Positions 48,779 through 58,354 of a stretch of DNA of 64,000 bases are shown here, one piece after another. The DNA comes from a virus, in the IMG/VR virus record IMGVR_UViG_3300045988_170943, positions 128,001-192,000 of that record; one strand, 5' to 3'. Made by a program: the position numbers and the translations under genes. The number at the start of each line of letters is the position of its first letter. The stretch's first letter is position 1. The notes beneath the pieces are model-generated. The model was not told where the DNA came from and made no database searches. It saw only the letters and a list, made by a program, of their open reading frames with translations.

Positions 48779-49528
48779 GTGTCAATCTTGAAGCCAGTGA
48801 GGGGGCACAGAATGGATCCTAAGGGCTACGAGGGCCTGTCGAGGGGTGAGCGAGCCAATCTTGACCGGGCCGTGCACCGGTGGGCCACTGAAGGAGGAGA
48901 GGCCGGACCCGGGGTGGTATTTGAGGTAACCGCTAAGATACTCACCGTCGTGCATAATTCCCTCAGACGCCAGGTCATTGATAAGGGTATACTGGATGCT
49001 GCCGCAAATAATGGGTGGGCCTCCATGGACAATGATGCCCTACTGAATCGGTTAAAGACGACCCCGTGCTATGAGGTCGCCCCAGAGTGCCGCCTGGGGG
49101 TTGGTACCCGTCTTGACAAGGAGGGCGTGTGTATCGCGTTCGAGTCGGCAGAACTGAGGATGTGGTTCACTAAGACGGAACGTGAGGCTCTTGGTGACTC
49201 TATAACAGACATTGAAGATGTTATTGAGGAGGTCGCCAGGGCGGACACGGAACGTAAGTACACGATGACCCGGTTCGTTGGCTCATTGGGAGCATGGGCG
49301 CTTGAGAACGGGTCTCGGGACGTATTCTTTAATTTCGTGTCTCATAGTGTGACAAACCAGGACCTTTTCATCAAGATCATGGGTAGCCAGAAGGCTCGGC
49401 AGGTGATCATGGATCATTGCTCTGAGGCATCTCACTGCGAGATTGACAAGTTGCTTAATCTTCATCAGGTTTTCTCCACTGAAGGTGAGGAACCCAAGGA
49501 AGAAGAGTACGACTACCCCTTGGGGTGA
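48779..49528 (+). CDS. Hypothetical protein (249 aa)
   Basis: ORF. Confidence 0.5.
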   Translation: MSILKPVRGHRMDPKGYEGLSRGERANLDRAVHRWATEGGEAGPGVVFEVTAKILTVVHNSLRRQVIDKGILDAAANNGWASMDNDALLNRLKTTPCYEVAPECRLGVGTRLDKEGVCIAFESAELRMWFTKTEREALGDSITDIEDVIEEVARADTERKYTMTRFVGSLGAWALENGSRDVFFNFVSHSVTNQDLFIKIMGSQKARQVIMDHCSEASHCEIDKLLNLHQVFSTEGEEPKEEEYDYPLG

Positions 49529-49693
49529 AACGCCACATCTACTGTATCTCCAATAGATAGGTTCTCCTTCAGGGCTGTCGTACCGGGGATGGTCCACGAG
49601 TTAGAAACCATCCTGTGAATGCGAGGCTGGTTTCTTCACACCACAGGAGAACTTGACTCGCACAGTTCTTTGACCCTAGCGGAGGAGCCCGCC

Positions 49694-50656
49694 ATGTCGA
49701 AACCGTTGAAGAAGATGCACCAGAGTGACCGCGGAGAGTGGGTCGAGTGTGGGGCAGATAAACGTGCGTGCCCGAAGAAAGGCCCCAATGGGGAACCCGC
49801 TGAGCACATTTGGGCGGAGAACCCGGAGCATGCCGCAGAGATATCCGCAGCCAGGCAGCACCCAGACAGCATGTTCCCCGCCACCTCCCAGCAGTCCACT
49901 AAGCCCAGTGATGGCACCCCACTCCCTGGAGGATTCGACTTCAGGGGTAAGAGCGACTGGCAGATCGTGGATGCCTGGGACAGCAGCATGAAGTCAATCA
50001 GGGAGGGACGCTACGACTACGCCGACATCGCTGTGGACGACGACAGTGACGGCATGGCGGAATGGGCGCACAATCTCGGCTACCAGGCCAAGGCAATAGG
50101 TGACAACAAGGTCCGCCTATACAACACTGCTGAACTGCCCTCCCATGAGGGATTCTCCTCTGAAGACATGTACAACAGTGTCGAATGGCACACTGCACAG
50201 TGTCGAGAACTGGGTATCCCCAGAGTGTGGGAGGGGCGCTCTGACATATACCTGCACATGCTCGCCAGCGACAACCCCAGACACAAGGATGTCCTCTTTA
50301 AGGAGATGCATGACCATGTTGACAAGACTGCTACCAGGTACCTGAGTGACGAGTCCACGAGCAGGGAGGCTGGACTAAGAGCAGAAGCGGCAGACAGGGT
50401 ACAGTCGGGGCGGATCTCCACTGAGCCACCAGTGAGGACCACGTTCCATGAAGGGCCAGATGGGGAGCGTGTACCGGATAGTTTTGGTGACTGGAACCAT
50501 GAGGTGGAACGAATCTGGGAGTCGTCACCCAAGGACCGTCACGCATTAAAGAATCGGGCACCGGTCCTCATTGACGCACTCCGTCGCGGTGACGCTAAAA
50601 CCTTCAGGGAGCAGATGGACGCCCTGAAGAAGGAGACAACCGACATCAACTGGTGA
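49694..50656 (+). CDS. Hypothetical protein with an N-terminal HCCH module (ORF opens at 49619)
   Basis: GGAGGA RBS 9 nt upstream of ATG 49694; H-x9-C-x6-CP-x11-H. Confidence 0.5.
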   Translation: MSKPLKKMHQSDRGEWVECGADKRACPKKGPNGEPAEHIWAENPEHAAEISAARQHPDSMFPATSQQSTKPSDGTPLPGGFDFRGKSDWQIVDAWDSSMKSIREGRYDYADIAVDDDSDGMAEWAHNLGYQAKAIGDNKVRLYNTAELPSHEGFSSEDMYNSVEWHTAQCRELGIPRVWEGRSDIYLHMLASDNPRHKDVLFKEMHDHVDKTATRYLSDESTSREAGLRAEAADRVQSGRISTEPPVRTTFHEGPDGERVPDSFGDWNHEVERIWESSPKDRHALKNRAPVLIDALRRGDAKTFREQMDALKKETTDINW

Positions 50657-50718
50657 AGCAAGGTGACACCCTTGTGTGGGGCCATGTAGCGCCCCCATGT
50701 GACTAACACGACACAAGA

Positions 50719-50755
50719 AGCCGGGCAGCAGGTATGAAAACCCTGCTGCCCGGCT
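50719..50755 (+). terminator. Terminator-like hairpin: 14-bp perfect stem agccgggcagcagg / cctgctgcccggct with a 9-nt loop (weak U tract)
   Basis: Seen directly after the stop of the 49694-50656 gene. Confidence 0.45.
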
Positions 50756-50782
50756 TGCTCTACCCCCACAGCGTGACCTACA

Positions 50783-51667
50783 ATGACCCGTATGAGACGT
50801 AAACGAGTACCAAGCAAGCGGAGAGTTAAGGATGTGACCCTCCGGGAGGCCCTGGAGGGTAGGGATCCCGTGGCGTTTCTGTCACGCCAAGTAGAGAGAC
50901 GCACCATCCACCGTGTCAGCCCGCACCTGGCTGACCTCAGGATGCACGACACACAGGGGATGCACAAGGACGTGCTCAACCATTCCATCAAGGTACTCGC
51001 TAACGCTATCCGCATGGAGAACCATGGAATGGATGTTGTTCTACGTGCTGCCGCCCTGCTGCACGACATTGGCAAGCCCGCCACCCGACTCATCACCCCT
51101 GACGGGAACGTGTCGTTCACTCATCATGAGTTTGTGGGTGCACGCATGATCCCCAAGGTGCTTGCAGGGCAGGGGTTTAGTACCCGTGAGGTTAGGCAGG
51201 TGAAAGAACTGGTGCGCCTGCATATGCGGTCTCACGGATTCCGAGAATCCGGTCGAGGGGCGTGGTCTGACTCTGCTGTGCGCCGGTTCATGCGTGACCT
51301 GCCAGAGGATGAGGATCAGGTGCGTCGCCTGTTTATCCTGTACCGCAGTGACGTCACCTCCAAGAATCCGAAGCGTCGAGCCAAGATACGTCGCACGATT
51401 GACAGACTGGAGGCCGCCATGGCCCGAGTGAAGGTTGCTGATGAGCGTCAGGCGGCTAGGCCAGCACTGGATGGCCACGACGTGATGCGATTGTTCGACC
51501 TAACCCCTGGGCGTCGTCTGGGTGAGGTAATGCGGTTCCTGAAAAGTGATGAGGGGATCAGGCTGGGTCGGGCTGAGGCTGTTGAAGCCATCAGATCCAG
51601 GTTCCCGAACCTCGAACCAGGATACAGCAGTAGCACAGGAAGCACGAACGGGAGTGGTGTATGGTGA
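50783..51667 (+). CDS. Stand-alone HD-domain phosphohydrolase (H...HD..K, resembling the HD domain of CCA-adding enzyme)
   Basis: LLHDIGKP and an upstream His. Confidence 0.6.
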   Translation: MTRMRRKRVPSKRRVKDVTLREALEGRDPVAFLSRQVERRTIHRVSPHLADLRMHDTQGMHKDVLNHSIKVLANAIRMENHGMDVVLRAAALLHDIGKPATRLITPDGNVSFTHHEFVGARMIPKVLAGQGFSTREVRQVKELVRLHMRSHGFRESGRGAWSDSAVRRFMRDLPEDEDQVRRLFILYRSDVTSKNPKRRAKIRRTIDRLEAAMARVKVADERQAARPALDGHDVMRLFDLTPGRRLGEVMRFLKSDEGIRLGRAEAVEAIRSRFPNLEPGYSSSTGSTNGSGVW

Positions 51668-53016
51668 CTCATCGTTTCGGCAAGTACCCGATTGTGCGTA
51701 TTGATCGTGACGGGTCTACGAATATGGGCCTGTATGACCTGACTGGTGATGAGGCAGCCCTGTTGGAGGGTCTTGGCCCTGGTGTTTACGTGCTGTCTCC
51801 TGAGTTGTCTGACTATGCTGGCGTATTCTCGCATCGTGGCGGCAATTGGGTAGACGCTGCTGGCATGCGCATGGTGCCTGGCCCGATCCCTGGCGTGGAT
51901 CTGAGGATGGTGGAGAAGTCTTTCAAGGAGTACTACAGCCTGTGGATGGGTGATGTCGCCTGGGAGTACGCCCTGATCCGCGCATATGGGCGTGGTGATA
52001 GCCGTCATTTGGGGAATCTTGTCGCCCATACGCTCAGATCTGCCACCACAACCAGCAGAGCGTACTGGTATGGTGAGGTGTTTCTGATGCTGGTCGCCTA
52101 CAGCAGGTTCCTGATCGGCTACTACGTGGACGACCGAAAACAGACTTTCGGACGATTCGTCCCTAAGAATCGTGACAGCATACTGGGGGCACTACGGCGC
52201 CGGTACGTGTCCATCAGCCCCAACACAAACCTGATCGCCCAGTCGATAACCCAGGGCGGCTTGTTCTGGTGGGGGAACATAACCCCTGAGACCCGGAAAA
52301 TGATGTGTGGCATGACACATGGGGAAGTCACGGACCTGTGTCGCACACCCGGCATCATCCCGCACCTGGGGCACGACACGGACCCCATGGTGCGTGAGTC
52401 CAGGATCCGTGAAATGTTGGAGACCCTGAGAGGAGAAAACGTGGACAGCACACATGGCCGCATTATGGCGCTCATCAACAACCCCGACAGGGACGTACCT
52501 AAGGGTGTGTCTCGGGCGGAGGTGGTTCACGACTATCTTGGTTCGGCCCTGTTCATCACCGAGAACACCCCCAAGGGTACGGTTGACAGGCTCCTGACAC
52601 GCATGGAGGAGTTGGAGGGCCTGTCGGCGTTCGAGATCATGTGCCTCATGTACGCGGCCACCCACCCAACCTACCTGGTGCGCACCGGGTCCACTGCTGA
52701 CGTGGTTGAACTGATCACAGAGGCACTGGAGAACAAGGACGAGAACGCTATCGGTTTCGCACTCCTACTCAAGGAGATCATCACCACCTATGATGGCCCA
52801 CTACCAACCCTGAGAGAGTGGCGTCAGGCGGTAGAATACGGCGGCGGTGACTTCCTGTTTATGGAGGGATCGGCTATGGTCATTCAATCAGTGTCACCGA
52901 CAATTCGTCAACGATCCATCAGCCGGGATGTGATCGGTGACCTGGTTGCGTTCCGACACAAGTATGAGGCAGCAAAAAGTGACTATGCGTCCCAGTACCA
53001 GTGGCCCCCACGGTAG
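51661..53016 (+). CDS. Hypothetical protein (451 aa), translationally coupled (ATGGTGA overlap) to the HD gene
   Basis: ORF. Confidence 0.5.
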   Translation: MVTHRFGKYPIVRIDRDGSTNMGLYDLTGDEAALLEGLGPGVYVLSPELSDYAGVFSHRGGNWVDAAGMRMVPGPIPGVDLRMVEKSFKEYYSLWMGDVAWEYALIRAYGRGDSRHLGNLVAHTLRSATTTSRAYWYGEVFLMLVAYSRFLIGYYVDDRKQTFGRFVPKNRDSILGALRRRYVSISPNTNLIAQSITQGGLFWWGNITPETRKMMCGMTHGEVTDLCRTPGIIPHLGHDTDPMVRESRIREMLETLRGENVDSTHGRIMALINNPDRDVPKGVSRAEVVHDYLGSALFITENTPKGTVDRLLTRMEELEGLSAFEIMCLMYAATHPTYLVRTGSTADVVELITEALENKDENAIGFALLLKEIITTYDGPLPTLREWRQAVEYGGGDFLFMEGSAMVIQSVSPTIRQRSISRDVIGDLVAFRHKYEAAKSDYASQYQWPPR

Positions 53017-53893
53017 TCCTCCCCCTCAACTGCTGAAGTGGGTTGGGAATAAGCAACGGGTAGCGTCTCAGATTGTGAGATACTTCCCGGATAGGTTCGG
53101 CACCTATTTTGAGCCGTTCCTGGGTTCTGGTGCTGTCCTTGGGGGTGTCGCACCCGATCATGGGGTGGCGTCAGATGTGCTGGAGCCATTGATTGACATC
53201 TGGCAGGCTGTAGTGGACGACCCAGAGGGGCTGGTGGCTGCCTATGACAGGTGGCGCTCTCAAGTCGAGATGGGGCGTGACCCTCGTGAGGTGTACGAGG
53301 AGGCCCGCACCGAGTTCAACCAGCACCGGCGGGGTGGCGACTTCCTGTATTTGAGTTGTGTATGTTATGGTGGGGTGATCCGTTTTAGGAAGAGCGATGG
53401 TCACATGTCTACGCCTGTCGGGTCGCACACGCCGATCTCAACGGAGTCTTTTAGGGGCCGCGTCTACCAGTGGCGTGAGCGCGTCAAGGGTGTGTCTTTT
53501 GTGTGTGCTGGTTATGAGTATGCGTTTGATCGGGCACAGGCCGGGGACCTGATTTACTGTGACCCGCCCTATGTTGATAGTCAGAAGATCCTGTATGGTG
53601 CGCAAGAGTTCAGGTTTGAGGAACTGGTTGACAGGATTCAGGATGCTGCCAGTCGTGGGGTCCGTGTCGCCTTGTCGATTGATGGGTCGAAGAAGAGTGG
53701 TGCGAGACGTATTCCGTTGACGTTTCCAGATGGCTTGTTTGAGGCGGAGGCTGAGGTGGCACTGGGTGGTTCCATGCTCAGGCGTTTTCAACTTCATGGT
53801 CAGGACACGAGCGGAGAGCACGTGCGGGACAGGCTGCTGCTCACGTACCCCCAGATGTTCTCAACACCCAGTCACAGGGCACGCAGAAGGTAG
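52985..53893 (+). CDS. Second D12-class N6-adenine DNA methyltransferase (LLKWVGNKQR, EPFLGSGAV, CDPPY); ORF opens at 52937
   Basis: Dam motifs in order. Confidence 0.8.
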   Translation: MRPSTSGPHGSPPPQLLKWVGNKQRVASQIVRYFPDRFGTYFEPFLGSGAVLGGVAPDHGVASDVLEPLIDIWQAVVDDPEGLVAAYDRWRSQVEMGRDPREVYEEARTEFNQHRRGGDFLYLSCVCYGGVIRFRKSDGHMSTPVGSHTPISTESFRGRVYQWRERVKGVSFVCAGYEYAFDRAQAGDLIYCDPPYVDSQKILYGAQEFRFEELVDRIQDAASRGVRVALSIDGSKKSGARRIPLTFPDGLFEAEAEVALGGSMLRRFQLHGQDTSGEHVRDRLLLTYPQMFSTPSHRARRR

Positions 53894-53906
53894 GGTGAGC
53901 GGGGCC

Positions 53907-54422
53907 ATGACTACCAGCAGGTACCAGTATACGAAAGCGGCCTTGACTGGGCACAGGGTTTTCAACTTGAGCGAGACGCAGCGACGAAACATGGATGCTG
54001 GGCTGCCGCTCGTTGTGAGAACGTTGGCCCGCTGGTACGGCACTACTACCCTGATCTCTGGCATGGCACTGGGTGCTGACATGATCTGGGCTCACCTGGC
54101 GGTCTCACACGGCCTGGACCTGCACGCTTATGTGCCATTCACGGGTCAGGAGGCCAAGTGGACGCACACGGATCAGGCAGCCTACCATGAGTTGCTGAGT
54201 CAAGCGGCCATGGTGCGCGTGTTCGGCCAGTCGTACTCGAACCACCTTTACCATGTGCGTAATGAGGCGATGCTGGCGGACTGTGACCTGATGGTGGCAG
54301 CATGGTGCCCGAGCAAGAAGAGGGGTGGTACGGCGTCCACTGTCCGCAAGGCCAGAGAGTCCGGCAAACCTCTGCTGGTCCTGGATCTGGACTCAGGTGA
54401 GGTGAACTGGTTCCAGAAGTGA
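53907..54422 (+). CDS. SLOG/DprA-like Rossmann-fold protein (YpsA/DUF1273-like; ISGMALGADMIWA, glycine-rich loop); ORF opens at 53730
   Basis: Motif resemblance only. Confidence 0.4.
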   Translation: MTTSRYQYTKAALTGHRVFNLSETQRRNMDAGLPLVVRTLARWYGTTTLISGMALGADMIWAHLAVSHGLDLHAYVPFTGQEAKWTHTDQAAYHELLSQAAMVRVFGQSYSNHLYHVRNEAMLADCDLMVAAWCPSKKRGGTASTVRKARESGKPLLVLDLDSGEVNWFQK

Positions 54423-54608
54423 ACTAGAATTCGTTCCAGCAAACACCGGAGAGCCCCTTGCGGTTTCTTACCCGCCCCGCCCGTCCACTGGACACACCGC
54501 CATATATGACGTTTATTGTTCCTTGTTTAGAAAACGTGTGAGAACAGGAGAAAACACCCCATAGCATCATGCCCCACAAGCGTGCGTGGGGCGCGGAGGT
54601 TATTCACG

Positions 54609-56231
54609 ATGGTAGCAGTCAGGTGGCACTTCAACCCGGACACGGGTCAGACCGGCAGGTGCAGGGCGGAGATCAAGTGCGACTTCGGTGAGGGCACCCC
54701 ACACTATGAGACCAAGGAAGCCGCTCAGAGGGGATACGAGGAGTATCAGGCCATCATTGACGGATGGGTGAGCACACTGGGGCGTGAAGCCGTCTATGGA
54801 CCAGAAGACGACGCCACCAAGATCACCCAAGGTGCCGAGCAGGTGCAGGACGACTCAGGTGAGGAGCACGCTAGTGACACTGGGCAAATGGTCGCTAATG
54901 TGGGCGGCGACTCGCAACCCAGTCAGGGTGACCGGAAGGTGCAGGATCCTGGGGATGAGGAGGCCCGGATTGAGGCCCTGGACCAGCAGGCGTTTGAGGA
55001 GCATGACGGTCCAGACACGTTCGCCGTCCCTGCCGGTGCTGTAGAGGATGCCAGGAAACTAATCGACCGGGCCAACAAGCGCCTGGAGCGGGCTGGGATC
55101 AGTGAACGCTTTAAAATCCTGGAGGAGACTCCATTCTCGTACACGACTGTCAACGACCGCGGGTTCAAGGAGCACCGCAACTATGTGGCTCTGCGACTGA
55201 ACCACCCGTCCATATCCTACTCCGGGTACCGGTTCCTCGCAGTTGTTGACAAGGCAGACAGCGGACTGGTAGTGCGCGGAAGTGAGGAACTAGGCGGCTG
55301 GAAGCCAGAGAAGCAAGTCTGCGAGCACTGTGGGAAGAACATGCGACGCTCCAAGACCTACCTTGTGGAGGACAAGGAGGGCAACAGGCTCCAGGTTGGG
55401 TCTACGTGCATGAAAGCATACCTGGGGGTGAAGCCGGAGGGCCTGTGGGCTGTCGGCACGAACCCCCTGAACAAACTGGATCGCAGTAACCGCGGATATG
55501 GGGGCCTTGACATTGATAACAGGAGTGCTATCGCCTATGCGCTCGCCTTGTCTGAGAATGGCCACCACTTCGTGTCCAAGTCCATGTGGGAACGTGACTA
55601 CAGGTACAAGGAAACCACCAAGGATCTTGTGTATCAGGCTATGTATGGGACAGGCAATGACCGCTGGTCCGCTAAGGTCGCACAGAAGGCTGAGGAGTAC
55701 ATTCGGTCTGGCCGGGCGGACGAAGTTCTTGAGCAGGCTCGCAACGTAGAAGGGGATAGCGACTACTGCGAGAACATGCGCACACTGGCTTCAGGTAAGT
55801 ACATCCACAAGAAGCACCTCGGAATGCTGGTGTCCGCTGTCGCTATTGACGCCAAGAACCGGCGAGACGCTGAGAAGAAGAAGCGCAAGGAGGAGGAACT
55901 GAAGTCCTGGACTCCTGGCTATGCTGCTAACGTTGGGGACAACCTGAAGGGAAGGCAGATGAGGGTGGTTCACAACCGCATCGTTGACGGGTACGACTAC
56001 CATGGCAACTCGATCAGGAAGTCCGTCGTCACTCTCCGGGACAAGGAGGGTCACCAGGTCACATGGTTCGCATCCCGCCCCATCAGGATCAAGGAAGGCG
56101 AGGACATCACGCTGGGATCCGCGAAGGTCAAGAAGCATGGCCAGTATGAGGGTGTAGACCAGACTGTGATCTCAAACGTGCGCGTACCAGGCGAGATGAG
56201 CCAGAAGGACTGGAATGACTACTACGGGTGA
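54609..56231 (+). CDS. Hypothetical 540-aa protein with an N-terminal HCCH module plus a second internal C-x2-C...C knuckle (ORF opens at 54582)
   Basis: GGAGG RBS; H-x10-C-x5-C-x7-H. Confidence 0.5.
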   Translation: MVAVRWHFNPDTGQTGRCRAEIKCDFGEGTPHYETKEAAQRGYEEYQAIIDGWVSTLGREAVYGPEDDATKITQGAEQVQDDSGEEHASDTGQMVANVGGDSQPSQGDRKVQDPGDEEARIEALDQQAFEEHDGPDTFAVPAGAVEDARKLIDRANKRLERAGISERFKILEETPFSYTTVNDRGFKEHRNYVALRLNHPSISYSGYRFLAVVDKADSGLVVRGSEELGGWKPEKQVCEHCGKNMRRSKTYLVEDKEGNRLQVGSTCMKAYLGVKPEGLWAVGTNPLNKLDRSNRGYGGLDIDNRSAIAYALALSENGHHFVSKSMWERDYRYKETTKDLVYQAMYGTGNDRWSAKVAQKAEEYIRSGRADEVLEQARNVEGDSDYCENMRTLASGKYIHKKHLGMLVSAVAIDAKNRRDAEKKKRKEEELKSWTPGYAANVGDNLKGRQMRVVHNRIVDGYDYHGNSIRKSVVTLRDKEGHQVTWFASRPIRIKEGEDITLGSAKVKKHGQYEGVDQTVISNVRVPGEMSQKDWNDYYG

Positions 56232-56303
56232 CTTCCCTATCTACCAATGTTCTTATCGGCTGATCTTCACCTGGCCTAATGCTAGTGTGATTAAGCCGCG
56301 GGT

Positions 56304-56684
56304 TTGACATCTAGAGGCAGCAGGACTATGCCCCTGTGGGAAGTGCTGGCGGGTGGAGTGATATTCGCCGCCCACATGAATCAACCATGTATTATTTTAC
56401 GTCCTCTTATTGATGAGGTTGCATCTGTGTCGTATCTGCTATTATTTTCTGCTGTTGCTGGCGTAGCCTGTGTGTCGTATACGGTCTTTGCTGTCATATC
56501 TAGGAGGCGAGCGCGTCAGGATGTGTCGGCCTCTGACGCGGATTGTGACGGCCTTGTCGCTAGGTTGCGGAAGCATCATGAGGTGAACTGCGTGAGTAGT
56601 CTTGAATCTACTGACGGGGACGTCTTGGACGAACATCGCCTGCTGATGAGGTCCAGGAAGCGCAGACGAGTGACCGGCCGGTAA
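56304..56684 (+). CDS. Small membrane protein (126 aa)
   Basis: ORF with two hydrophobic helices. Confidence 0.35.
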   Translation: MTSRGSRTMPLWEVLAGGVIFAAHMNQPCIILRPLIDEVASVSYLLLFSAVAGVACVSYTVFAVISRRRARQDVSASDADCDGLVARLRKHHEVNCVSSLESTDGDVLDEHRLLMRSRKRRRVTGR

Positions 56685-56950
56685 CGCGAAAATGATTGAC
56701 GGGCAGAAGGCGACTGGTGTAGTATGGCCCGTATGATTATTTTGAGGATCATCGAGAAAATCCTGACCTACCGCGCCCACCGAGCCGTAAGGGCAGGCAA
56801 TCAGGCATGGTTCACGGAACAGCAAGCCATGTTCCGTGATAGACGAGGATGATCTAAGGCAGGAGAGTCCTCCCGTGCGCCCAGTGTGATGCATATCATC
56901 TGGGTGCTTTTGCTGTCATTGACATATGTCTGCTATCCTGCATCCAGTCA

Positions 56951-57769
56951 TTGATGTCTCAACCAGGAGTGATGATGCTTCCCCTCTCAACCAGGCAGGT
57001 TGCTATGGCTGCCATTTCTGCTGTCAGCGTGTCGGGGTTGTGCTTGTCTGCTGGCGTGGCCGCAGTCAGCATGTACCCGAACAGAGTCAAGAGCGAGGTG
57101 GTCGCTGGCCGCACGATCTTGGAGCCTGACACAAATAGGGCGGGCGGGCATGTGCGTATCACTAAGATCGTGGACTGGGCACCAGCCAAGGAGACAACAC
57201 GTGTTGACGCTATCGCCCCGAGGGAAGATACCAGCGTCAGCAATGATGCAACCAGTTCAGGAAAATCAGACCCCAATGGTATCCAGGAGACCGTGCCACC
57301 TGCACCCTCAAGCGGTGACGCCACAAACTCACCGGGTAGCACACCGGATGCCACCTCCAACGCAAACGCCACAGCACAACAGGACAGTAACACGGCAGAA
57401 AGTATCCAGAGCGACGCGACTCAGCAGCAGGACTCAGGCTACGACTATGCACTAGACGTGCCTGGCTACTGCGGTGGTGGATGGGACTGCGCACAGGCAG
57501 CAGTCAACTCTATGTCACTGTCGTATGTGTACTATGCCCCAAACTTCAGTATCATTGCGGGCCACAACTACGGGCCCGCTGGCGTTATAGCGAACTTCCG
57601 TCCCGGCACTGTCGTCAAGGTGACTGGAAATGGGGCGGGCCTGTATCGGGTGACCCACACGCACTGGATGCAGTACACGACTGACTACCAGCAGGTGCAC
57701 GGTACCTTCGCGTTTCAGACCTGTGTGGGCGACCAGATCCTTCACGCCTATGCGGAGCGGATCGGCTGA
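56951..57769 (+). CDS. Membrane-anchored secreted protein. A C-terminal module of about 110 aa has His (IIAGH) - Cys (FQTC) - Arg in sortase-like order and spacing, so it is a possible sortase-like or thiol-transpeptidase fold
   Basis: H-53-C-12-R spacing is compatible with sortase; the domain is short, so the call is tentative. Confidence 0.4.
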   Translation: MMSQPGVMMLPLSTRQVAMAAISAVSVSGLCLSAGVAAVSMYPNRVKSEVVAGRTILEPDTNRAGGHVRITKIVDWAPAKETTRVDAIAPREDTSVSNDATSSGKSDPNGIQETVPPAPSSGDATNSPGSTPDATSNANATAQQDSNTAESIQSDATQQQDSGYDYALDVPGYCGGGWDCAQAAVNSMSLSYVYYAPNFSIIAGHNYGPAGVIANFRPGTVVKVTGNGAGLYRVTHTHWMQYTTDYQQVHGTFAFQTCVGDQILHAYAERIG

Positions 57770-57970
57770 CGTTCCATCCAGTGTTACCTCCTCCTGCACT
57801 GGCCGATTCTCGCGGGGCACCTCTCTGACCCAATGCCGCATCCCGTCGCACAGGTGTACTCATGCTGGACGGAAGCCGGAAAACTTGCCGTCCTGCCGTG
57901 ATATTCCCGCCGCAAGCAAGAGCCAGGTATCTGTTCCACCCTCAAAAACGCAGCAGGAAGACATGGTGAG

Positions 57971-58312
57971 ATGAAGGCCAGCAAGAGCAATGTAGCGTCC
58001 CTAGCAAGTATCGTTCGAGACAAGGTGAATCCTGTGACGGTTAGCGACACCAACCTGATCGCCTACTACCTGGATGACATCACGGTCCTATTTTCCCCGA
58101 AGGGCAACCAGGACGCCTTCTATGGGGTCGTTGTGGACGTGCTTGGGCGCACATTCCACATCGCCGCCAACCTCAAGGTGCTTATTGAGGACGACGCCAC
58201 AACCGGTGATGAGGAGCCCGCAATCTATGAGATCGAGGAGCCCTCACTGATCGAGTTCGTGAACAACTTCCTGTCTCTTCGCGTCCACCTGTTAGAAAAA
58301 CTGGGTGTATAG
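57971..58312 (+). CDS. Hypothetical protein (113 aa)
   Basis: ORF. Confidence 0.4.
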   Translation: MKASKSNVASLASIVRDKVNPVTVSDTNLIAYYLDDITVLFSPKGNQDAFYGVVVDVLGRTFHIAANLKVLIEDDATTGDEEPAIYEIEEPSLIEFVNNFLSLRVHLLEKLGV

Positions 58313-58354
58313 CCAGTAAACCACTCACCAGCACCCTGGAGGCGATGACAGAAC

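Noticed and set aside
52937-53016. Upstream extension of the second Dam gene overlapping the 451-aa ORF by 80 nt
   Set aside because: The conserved Dam N-terminus (LLKWVGNK) begins after ATG 52985; the extension is probably not translated.
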